A DNA stretch of 64,000 nt from Phaeosaccion multiseriatum (Eukaryota > Protista > Ochrophyta, other classes), in NCBI GenBank assembly GCA_965112735.1, contig OZ218959.1, forward strand, positions 1,054,001 to 1,118,000, in the 5' to 3' direction. Every line of letters begins with the position of its first letter. Position 1 is the stretch's first letter. A program made the translations under genes and the position numbers. This document shows positions 52,396 to 62,560 of this stretch, piece by piece. The notes under the pieces were generated by a model, which ran no database searches, was not told where the DNA came from, and saw only the letters and a program-made list of their open reading frames with translations.

Positions 52396-54367
52396 TTTTG
52401 GGTCGCTCGAAGCTTTCCTCACACCTCTGACCCCTTGCCCTCCCCTGCCCTCGCTTGTCGCCTGAAACGAACGGCCTCTCCATATCGACTCGACAATTCC
52501 TCCCCCCCCCACCCGAAACAAAATCCCTTACCCTCTCTTGTACCCCTCTTTCATTCGCGTGAACGGAACGGCTGATGACATATCGACTTGGTGTTGGACC
52601 TTCTGTGGTGCGACTCATGATGGATCCGTGTTTTTGTTTGGGTGTTGGACCGATGATCGACCCATTTGTTTGGGCTGGTGATGGCATGGACCATATCGAT
52701 TATTTTGCTTTGCTTCTGTTTGCTTCTGTTTGCTTCATTCAGCCTCACGGAGTACGTAGTGACGAGGTGGTACCGCTGCCCTGAGCTGCTGTGCGAGGCC
52801 GCCCGTTACGGCCCCGGGGTGGACGTTTGGAGTGTGGGGTGTATTTTTGCGGAGATGCTCAATCGCTGTCCCTTCTTTCGAGGCAAGAACCCCCTGGACC
52901 AGTTGCGGACTATCGTGGATGTGTTGGGGCCTTTCGACGCTGAGGACCTGAGCTTCATTCCAGAAGGCGGGCAGAGAGAGGTGAGAGAGAGAGAGAGAAG
53001 CTTCAAGGAGTGTGAAGGAGTGTGGAATGTGAAGAGAAGGGAAGTGAGAGGGAGGGATTTGCGGTCGATGTGGTGTAAGGGTCTCATTCACCCTTGTGCT
53101 TCATTCATGCCTTGCCCTCCCTCACCTAGTCCTAGCTCAAAACGACATGACACCAACACCAACACCAACACTGACCTCACAAACTCCGAACCACCGCCTC
53201 CTCCTCTATGCACATCACCACCTCAACAAAACGAAACGGAACACAACGAAAGGTCATCGATACGGCGCAGGCAGCGGCCGTGGCAGAGGGGCGGAAGCGC
53301 CAGCCTCTGTCCGCCTTTGTGCCTGTGGACTCCAACCCGCTGGCGGTAGACCTGCTCGACAAGATGCTTCAAGTACATCCCGACAAGCGAATCTCCGTGG
53401 GGGACGCCCTGGAGCACCCCTACCTCAACACGCTGCACAGTCAGATGCTCGATTCGGAACCGACTTGCGAGCAGGTAAGGAGAGGGAGGGGAGGGGGGCG
53501 TGCTGAGGGAGAGGGAGAGGGAGATACGGACACGGAGGAAAGCGAGACACACCTCCGCCATCTGCTTCTCGTTGCTGCTCCTTGCTGCTTGCTACTTTGA
53601 CCTTCTTTGCCCCGCCGCGCGTGATACAACCAACATCCATCACGCACCCCCCCCCCTCCCACCTCCTTCCTCCCTGACGCCCTCACCCCCTCCCCACACG
53701 CACACCCCCACAGCCTTTCGACTCCGACTTTGAGAAGCGTTACTTTGGTCCCAAGATGCGCAACATTCCGCAGTCGGAGCTGCAGGTGATGATGTTCGAC
53801 GAGATGCTGCGCTACAGGCCCTCGAAGGACGGGGACCGCGTGCTGCAAGAGGCCGGAGAGCGCTACGGAGTGGCGGTGGACGGAAGGAAGGGCAGCTTGG
53901 CTCTGGCGGACACGCTCAGTTTCAGTGGGAGTAGTACGGTGTTTGCTTCGGCGCGGAGCACTTGGGAAGGAGGTTCGCCAGGGCTGGCGCCCCCGGGGCC
54001 ACTGGACTACCAACACGAGTATGCGCTTCAGCAGCAGCAGCAGCAACAGCAACAACAACAACAACAACAACAGCAACAACAACAAAACCAGCAGCAGCAA
54101 CAGCAGTATGGGCAGCAGCAGTATGCGCACCAGCAGATGCAGCAGCAGCAATATGCGCAGCAGCAGATGCAGCAGCAGCAATATGGGCATCAGCAGATGC
54201 AGCTGCTGCAGCAGCAGCAGCAGCAGCAACAGCAACAGCTTGCGCAGCAGCAGATGCAGCATGAGGAGGACGAGGATGGTGATGGCGACTGGGATAGTCA
54301 GCCGGTGGAGCGAAGAGCGACTCTCCGGCAGGGGCAACAAGGTGGGGGAGCAGGCTCGTGGATATAG
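50584..54367 (+). CDS. Mitogen-activated protein kinase (TEY activation loop) with an Ala-rich N-terminus and a polyQ C-terminal tail, about 6 exons
   Basis: Contains [77 protein letters not shown] and [23 protein letters not shown]. Confidence 0.96.
51488..51728 (+). repeat. Intronic minisatellite, ~36-40-bp unit, about 6 copies (MAPK intron)
   Basis: Unit core CTCCAATCACAATGGTGTAT(G/A)TCACCCCC. Confidence 0.88.
54029..54260 (+). repeat. Coding polyglutamine tract (CAG/CAA with QQQMQQQQY subrepeats)
   Basis: In frame in the last MAPK exon. Confidence 0.9.
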
Positions 54368-54812
54368 CGCAATAGAGCACCAGTAGCGGCACAAAGATAT
54401 GCAACACAACAAGAGCCGGAGTTTTTGTTGTGTCGGCAAAATATATCATGCAGTGTCAAGAAGATGTATAAATAGGAGAAAAAGGAAGGAGAGGCTTTTT
54501 TGAAGTACTGGTACTTGTTCATTGTCCTTGATCGCTGCGCGTTGGGGAGACAAGGGGCAATTGCGTAGCTCGCTCCCCTGAGACAAGGCACTGATTCATC
54601 TTCATGCTATGCTTTGCATCGTAGGGTTTGATGCCCTCCACCCCTTCTCTCAAAGTGCCCACTGTTCCAGGGGAGCACAGGGGGTGGGCTTCTCCCTCGT
54701 GCCGCACACACTCACTGCCAACCCACACACACACACACCAAAAATGTACACCATTCTTCTTCTCCTCCTCCTCCTCCTCCACTCTTAGTCTAATACTCCA
54801 TCTGCATGCAGC

Positions 54813-57800
54813 TCATGCCGCCGCTTCCACCGCAGGCTCCGCCCCCTCCCGCTCCCCTTCCGCTGCCTCTGCCTCTGCCTCTGCCCCTGCCGCCTTGGGC
54901 TTGGTGTAGCTCGGAGCCAGGCACTCATCCCGCTTCGCCTGCTCCACGAATTTGTCCAGCATAGCCGGGGCAGCGGGACAGTCTAGCTGAGTGTCGGGCA
55001 TGCGCTCCCAGAGTCGGTCGAAGCCGATTTGCATCTGTCGCTCCGATACGATGTCCTCTGCTCTGAGGTAGGCAAGCAGAGAGGAGAGGGCCGTGCGGTC
55101 GTCGTCGGTCTTGTCGATGGCGCCCGTGACGGCTCGCTTCACCACCTCTGCGTGTGTGTGCGTGTGTGTGGAGGAGGGGTGTCGGGGTGGTGCATAGGAC
55201 AATCATTGGAGGAGGAGGAGGAGGAGGAGGAGGTGGATTTGAGCAAACTCAACAAATAAAGAGCAAAAAGGCAAGTACGGTGATGAACAAAACGAATGGG
55301 ACGGAATTCAAGAAACCTGGGGAGGGAGTGCTTGCAAAAACCTTCTCTACTCCACTGACCGTGGTGAAAGAAGGGGCAGTTAAGCTCCTTGACACAGGCC
55401 GCAGCCTCGTCGAGCTGACGGGACAGAAGGTACTCGGCCACGAGCTGATCGATCGCGACCTTGACCTACGTGAGGCGAGGGGAGAAGGAGGGGGGCAGGG
55501 GTGAGACACACAAGGTTTCCGAGGAGCACACGGATACACGGATATGTATATAACTGTGTGACTGTGTGTGACAGTATTGGTCAAGGGGGAGGACAGTCTC
55601 CTCAAATATAACCGTGTTTCGTTTCCTTCTTCTTCCGCTTGCTCACCTCCTCAACGGGACGACCATCCCCAGGGCCCCATACCTTCGCCCGATGAGTGAG
55701 CAGCAAGGCGGGCACAGCAAGGTGGGCAGCAAGGTACGGCAGCACGGGAGAGAGACAGAGCAGAGGGTCAAGGGAGAAACGACACAGAAAGTAAAGGAGC
55801 CCGAGAGGAAGCAAGCTTTTGGCATGGAGTCCCACGGTAGGGAGTCCCACACAAGAGAGAGGGAGACGACAATGACCAGTCCAGACAGAGCGATCATGCT
55901 GTGCCATATCGAGACTTTCGAGCCGGCAGCGGTCATTCTCCAGGCCAGTTTCAGTTTCAGTGTATTGGCCATGAACAGTATCAGTTCGTATGAGTCGAAA
56001 TCCGAATGAATGTCCTACCTTCTCCAGTCTAGACAAGGCGTGGTCTCGCGAGAGGAGGCGGATTGCTCCTGCGCATTGCAACGCCGATCAATGCCAAGAG
56101 CGACAGGAAAGAGGGTGGAGAGCAAGCGAACGCCAGGAGATGTGAGGGCGGGACATGAGATAACGCTTCTTGCGTGAGCAGCACTTTCTTTCTCTCTCTC
56201 GTCCCTCTCTCACCGTCGACAATGTCACCACCCAGGCTCTTGATGTTAGGCTCCTGCAGAAAGGCCGGGGGCAGCGTCTCGTCCACCACGGCTCGAGCCA
56301 GGAAGGAGGCCACAATGTGGCGAGCGTCGGGCGCGTCCAGCTGAAGCAGCAGTTGCAGCAGCAGTCGGCGACACAGACAGCAAGAGCGGTAGGAGCGGCG
56401 GGAGGCAACGCTTCAAACGCAAGAAGGACAAACGGAGAGCGATAGCAGCGCTGCCAGTATGAAGCGAAGAACTCGCTGAGTAAGTAAGTCAGGGAAGGAG
56501 CTGCTTACACCCCCCTTACCGCACCGCATCGTACCTGAATGTCGTCAATCATCTCGAAGAGGCGCTGGAAGCCCTTGCCGATGTCGTTGCTGCTCAGGGT
56601 CTGAGGGTATGCCCCAGACAGCAGCCGAGATACGAGCTCTCTGTGTGGACGGGGCGGCGCGGGGGATAGAGGGGATGGGATGGGATGGGAGGGGAGGGGA
56701 GGGGAGGAGGGTGAGATGCACGCCTCCTCTAATTCCGACTTACTGCCAGGTGCAAAGGCTCCCGAGCACAACGATAGAAAGCGACATAAAAGCACACTTG
56801 TGGTGCAGGTATCCTTGACGTATTGCTTCCTCCCTTGCCCTCCCCTGCTCCTCCCCCTCCCCCTCCCTCTCCCCCTCCCCAAGTCACCTCTCGTGGTCCT
56901 TGCCGTCCAGCGACATGTTGATGCCTCTTTTGACCACTTCAAAGTTATAGGTAGGGCAGGCAAGCTCGCGCACCGTGCGAATGACCTCGTCTGCATCCTC
57001 GCTCAAGAAGTACTCCTCGAACGTTTCTGTGAGTTTCTTTTTGAACTCCGGCAGGGTCATGCCCGGGGCGGGGCTCCTAGAGGAACGCTCCCCCACCACC
57101 CCGCTGTCGGAGACCAGCACGTAATTCCCGTCCTTTAGGAGGGGAGAGAGGGAGGAGGGGAGAGGAAAGAAGGAAGGAAGGAAGGGAGGGAGGGAGGGAG
57201 GGAGGGCGGCTACTGGCGGTTACTGGCGGTTCGTTGGTGGTACTTGCTCACTTGTGTCCCCGTATGCATTCATGCGGGGTGTCCAACCCCCTCCCGCCCA
57301 CCCCACCCATTGACTTATTCCCCACCCCACTCCCGACCCACCACACCTCAGCGCTGTCGTAGTTGGGGTCGCGCTTGTCGAGGATGGCTTCGTCGCTCTG
57401 CGCCATGGAGCCATCGTCGGTAGGGTCCCAGCGGCCCTTGCCGCCACCGCCGTTGCCAAACGACTTGCCCTTCCTGATGGTATGTAAGAGAGCACAACAG
57501 AAATATAGAGGGAGAGGAAAAGGAGAAAGAGAGAGAGAAAGTGTGTGACTCCGTGCAAGCCGCGACTTATTCTCCAGCACTACTCTCCGCATTGGGCGAC
57601 GCGTGCGGGGTAGGGCCCGAAGCGACCCCAGCACAGCACAGCGAAGCACACCAGACAACACACAGCTTCTGTCCTCCAAAAAAAGGGTGGAGGGAAAGAG
57701 AGAGAGAGAGAGCAACCAGAGAAGGCCAGTGCTTCCAAGTACGAGCCCCCCACGCACCCGCTGTTGTGCCGCCGGTGGATATTCCGCTTGGCAGTGCCCT

Positions 57801-57885
57801 CATCCCCGACGCGCGTGGTGGGTACGTGATTGTGGCTCTTGTTGTGAAGGCCTGCGGCGTGTTGGTTGTTTACGATTTCGGCCAT
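54813..57885 (-). CDS. PDCD4-like MA3-domain translation regulator (two MA3 domains), about 8 exons
   Basis: Contains GGGGKGRW, LDKRDPNYDS, EEYFLSED..EV, EVVKRGINMSLD...RELVSRLLS, LDAPDA..IVASFLARAVVDETLPPAFL, KVWGPGDGRPVEE, EYLLSRQLDEA..CVKEL..PFFHHEVVKRA and QMQIGFDR...DTQLDCP. Confidence 0.92.
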
Positions 57886-58631
57886 TTTTCTCTCTCTCTC
57901 TTTCGCCGTCCGAGACTACACAGCTAAATAAAGAGGGCAACGGTTGACTCGTGGCCGCACGAGTGCAACACCCCCTCCAAGTTTGCTTCCAACCAGACTC
58001 GGGGGTATTGAAGGTGCTGCCGTAATGATGGGGGGGAAGGAAGGGGCGCCTGTGTCTTTGAGGGGCAGTGCGAGATAGAGCTTCAAAAAATAGAGTAGAG
58101 AGAAAAAGGGGCGGGGAAGGGGGGGAAGGCGTTGTTAGATATCTACCACAAGTAGAAGAGAGAGAGGGGAGCGAAATCTACTTTAATGAGTTGAAGTGTG
58201 AAAATGAGGAGAGAAATGGGGTCACGACGGGCCGGGGCGGCTAAGCACACAGCGCTGCCTCACCCTCTCCCTCATTCTTATCTACATTTGTCGCTCGTCT
58301 CGTGGTCCTCATTCCCCCCTCCGATGCCATTGAGGCGAAAGGTGAGAATGGGGAACATTGAGGCGAAAGGAGGTGAGGAGGAAATAGAGAAGAAAAGGAC
58401 GTTCTGCCATCTCACCACTGACGTCCACACATACACGTTTCCCTTCCCTCCATACCCAACGCTCTCTCCCTCACCTTTTGTATAATTACAACACTTTTTT
58501 TTATGATGAGAAGGGGGATGCCGGCCGGCCGGATTCAGTTTCAGTTTCACGCAGTCCCCTCCTCAAACCCTCGTCAATCTCAATCTCGATCCAAGCAACT
58601 CGCTCAAAATCTAAATCAATCATCAATCGAG

Positions 58632-60109
58632 ATGAAGCGGCAGCGGAGCTTCTCGCTCTTCTTTTGGGCTCTACTCGTTCTGACTCTGCTGGCAAGTAGT
58701 GGCAGATTCGTAGCAGCACAGGAGGGAGACGAAGCACCAGTAACAGAAGCGACAGCTTCAGAGGCAGCAAAGCCAACGGCAGAGCACATCCAAAAGGAGG
58801 AAACAAGCGGTGGCGATTTAGAGGACGCACAACGGGCAAAGCTAGAAGAAGATGGAAAGCGGGCCAGAGAAGAGATGGAGGCACGGGAGGAAGCCTTGCG
58901 GCAAGAGGCGGCGGCGGCGAAGGCCGACTTAGAGGCGGCGGCAGCAGAGGCAGCCAAGCGCGCAGCAGACGACGTGGCTGCTGCGGCGAACCAGCTGGAA
59001 GCAGACGCCGCCGAGGCCACGAAGGCTGCTGCCGCTGCTGCCACTGTAATAGCGGAGAAGTCGCAAGTCGACGGGGGGCGGGGGGTTGAGTTTGCCAACG
59101 CCGTGCAGGAGCACTTGTCACAATCACGTGAGAAGCTTGTCAAATCCCTGCGCGGCGGCTTGGTGAGCTACAATGCCCTCCTGAAGAAGCACTACCTGCG
59201 GCTGAGCTTTCTCCAGGCCACTGTGTTGGGCGCGATTGGAGACATCGGTGCACAATGGATTGAACGTCGCACCTTCCGCCAACTGAAGGGCGGCGCCCCA
59301 CGGCGCTGGAACAGGCGGAGAACCTTCCACGTCGGGCTACTCACCATGACAATAGGTGAGAGAGCGCGCACGAAGACGCGGGGATAGTAGGGGTTGGCCT
59401 CCTCCTCTTTTCTGCGCTGCTGACTTGGATTTCTCCTACTCTGCCCCTCGACACGTTCTCTCCTTTTCCTTCTCTGCCTACCTGCCCTCCCCGACCATCT
59501 TGTGTATCGCAAGACGGTATCTTCACCCCTCGTTGGTACAAGCTACTCGAGAGGTACAGCACTGAACGCACGCTCAGGGTGGTGGCCTTCAAGACTGTGC
59601 TCGGCAGGTGAGGGAGAGAGTGCGTGAGTAAGCCCATCACACCCGTCACCCACCCCCACCACCCCTTAACCCCCCCCTATGAAGAGCAAAAGTTAACACT
59701 CACACGTACATCCGCCCCCCTCTCTCCCCCCCCCCCCCCACAGTGCCGTATATGGTCCTTTCGCCAACGGCTTGTTCCTGGCGGGCATCCCTTTGCTCCG
59801 CTACGGCAGCAAGGGCATGGCGGGAGGCTTCGACTTGGTGTCGTGGAGGCGGCAACTCCTCATCGCAACGATGCGCGACATTCAGGTCAGTACATGCTGT
59901 CCCTCCCGCGGGGGGGCATAGCGCCATCCCCACCCTGTAGCAGCAGCAGCAGCAGGGAGAGCAGGGCAGCAGAGCACGGGCAGCAGCAGTTGGTTATACA
60001 GCAGCCGCCACCGCCCCGCCGCTTTCGCGCGCGCACGCAGGAAGAGACTGTGCCGCGGTCGGGGGAGGTTCGTGCCACACGCCGCCCCTCAAACCCAAAG
60101 CCAAGGCAT

Positions 60110-60140
<31 letters not shown>

Positions 60141-60526
60141 TGGTGATACAGCAGTAGCAAGCAGCGCTTGGTACGTGAATTGGCGGCGGGCATCATCCCT
60201 AGGTGTAGCGCCGACTACGCCACTCGCCGCCCGGCTCTTTACCCTGACGCTCGCCACTCTTCCCCGCCGTACTCCATCCCCTCCTTTCCCTCCGACAGAT
60301 GTGGCTCCCCTTCAACGCGCTGAACTTCGCTCTGGTGCCGATGCACGCCCGACCCTTGGCCTCTAACCTCATGGGGCTTTTCTTTGTGTGCGTGCTGAGC
60401 AGCTCCACGCTTGGAGGGGCGGACTTTTTGCCCTTCGGGGAAGGGACGGCTGAGCTCATTAGCAATTGGCTCGGGGGTGTCTTTGGTGGAAAGAAGAGGC
60501 TTTCCGAGCCTTTCTCGGCCCAGTAA
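58632..60526 (+). CDS. Mpv17/PMP22 family membrane protein with an N-terminal signal peptide and an Ala/Glu-rich coiled coil, 4 exons (~58632-59354, 59514-59608, 59744-59885, 60299-60526)
   Basis: Contains LGAIGDIGAQWIE, WNRRRT, WYKLLE, VAFKTVLGSAVYGP and MWLPFNALNFALVPMHARPL...FFVCVLS, the Mpv17/PMP22 signature. Confidence 0.88.
60137..60151 (+). repeat. Reference copy of the dispersed motif CAGTTGGTGATACAG (other copies at ~7558, 9266, 34081, 34613, 42114, 59987, 60991, 61821, 63349)
   Basis: Three exact copies and six single-mismatch copies on both strands, each embedded in a CAG/CTG context. Confidence 0.85.
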
Positions 60527-61194
60527 TGGTGCAGGCAATCACACGGAAGGGGGGGGGGGGGGGCAGGAGGGGCAGGTGATGACAGATGGCAGTCGATGGC
60601 GCTGGAAAGGGTTTATTTTTACATACGCAGACAACACAAGGCTGTGCGTTTAGTTCGTAGGGGGAAGGCACAACAACAACAACATGGTGGGTGATGACGG
60701 CACGTCAAGAGGGCGAGCAGAGTGGAGGAGAGGGGGCCCGGAGGAGCTTTGTTGGCTGAAGCGAAGAGAGCTGTGAATGGCGTCCCAGAAGCTTCACATG
60801 AAGCCTCACGCGACTGTGGCATATCGACTCGGATACCGGCGAAGAGGGTTTCTGGCCGAGAAGAAAGTGGCGGAGAGAGAGAGGGAAAGAACGACAGGGG
60901 TACACACACACAGAGAGAGAGGGCGCTTGCCATGAGGCGCCGAAAGGCCATGGCGCGGCGTGGCGTGGCGACCGGCTGCTGCGTCTCCTGCTGTATCACC
61001 AACTGCTGCTGCTGTTGCTGCCGTGAGAAGGGTGCCGCTCTGCTGTGCGGGTCGTCAGCAGACCCGCCTGTGCTGCCGCTTCGCCCCCCTCGGAAGGAAT
61101 CGGAAGGAAGGATTTAGGTCTAAACCGTGCAGCCCCCACCCTCTGCTCTGCCCCCCCCCCTCCCCCCCTCTGTTGCGGCGCTGCTCTTGCCCCT

Positions 61195-61435
61195 GCTCTC
61201 TGGCGTACCTGCTTGGAATGGCGTCAGATTTGGCCCCCTTTCGGTGGGTAGCCCCTCCCTCACCCACGAGCAGGCGTCCTCTACTCTCTTGTTCCAGGGA
61301 GGCTCGATTCCTTACCCGCTCTCACCTCCCTCAACTCCACCCCCCCCCTTTCTTCTTGCCTTCTGTATGTTCCCCCACGTTCCCTCCTTGATCCACCCCT
61401 CCCATGCTGACCCGTACGCCTTCATCCTGGGGTGT

Positions 61436-61492
<57 letters not shown>

Positions 61493-61661
61493 TTTTTGTG
61501 TGTTTGGTGCTACGTACTTGGTCCGTCGCCCCGCAGAGTTCGTGAATCAGCTGCTGGTGCCTCACCGCTGGCAGCCCCTGGCCTACAGCTTATGGGACAT
61601 GGGATTCATGACTGTGCTCAGCCTCATTGCACACAAAGCCGAGCAGGACGCCTTGTTATAG
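61195..61661 (+). pseudogene. Orphan second Mpv17/PMP22 C-terminal segment (gene fragment or alternative 3' end)
   Basis: ALWRTCLEWRQIWPPF G|gtgggt...cgcag|AG splices to EFVNQLLVPHRWQPLAYSLWDMGFMTVLSLIAHKAEQDALL*, matching the Mpv17 consensus W.IWPP.Q.VN..LVP.......LS. No matching N-terminal half was recognised. Confidence 0.5.
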
Positions 61662-61771
61662 CACATGGCAACAGATGGCACTACATGGCAAAGAAGGCAG
61701 CAGATGACAATGACAACAGAGCAGCGCAGCAGTAGCAGCAGCGGCATACGTGCCGGAGAGGGATGATACCG

Positions 61772-61824
<53 letters not shown>

Positions 61825-62560
61825 TGGTGATGCAGCAACAGCAGCAGCAGCAGTGTTATGGGCGCCAAGGTGTGAGTTTCTCATCCCCCTTCCTGCTGCC
61901 CCCATTGGAAAGAAGATGACCGTCTGCCATAGGCCTGCTATGGGCCTGGAGGAAGGGCGCCAACGAAGGGCGGCAGCTAATGGGTGTCAGGGCCCTCGGG
62001 GGTAGACGAACAGCGCTTTGCAACACAGTATCGGCTGCTTTCTTAGCTCAGGCGACTTTGATGCGCCGCTGGGGGGGGGGAGGTGGCGATGGCACGGGAT
62101 GGATCCGGTTTACGGTTGTCGAATCAGGCCCAGGGGGGTAGTACGATCATACATGGAGGGCGTATGTATGTATGTATGAGCACTGAGCAAGAGACGATTC
62201 GTACAAACGTGTCGGGCTCGCTCATGCCCAGGAGTGGGCCTGCCAGCGGCTGCTGGTCTCTCTCTCTCTCTCTCTCTCTATCCCTCTCCCCCTCTCTCTC
62301 TTTCTCTTTTCTTTCTTATCTGTCTCGCGCCGCTTATTCGTGCCTGAGACAAATCATCCTTGCGCCAAGAGATAGCGACGTCGGCTGAAGCCCCTCTCTC
62401 GCCCCCCAGGCGCCCCTCTCGAGGGTTACCCCCAATGTTTTTTTGCAAAGAGTAAAATGTATTTCTCAGTGCAACAACTGAGGTGCTCACAATCCCGCAA
62501 CGTGCAGATACATTTTCAGAACGTCAAAGGTCTCTCCTTGCCCCTCAAAAGTTGGCTTTT

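Noticed and set aside
56358-56376. CAGCAG-TCGGCGACA-CAG as an ancestral, pre-deamination version of the TTGGTGATA motif
   Set aside because: It has three mismatches. All are C/T transitions, which is suggestive, but a single instance is compatible with chance, so it was not counted.
60619-62490. A minus-strand gene between Mpv17 and the last gene
   Set aside because: Fragments are open (e.g. 61117-60930, 60856-60705), but no consistent spliced model or recognisable motif could be built.
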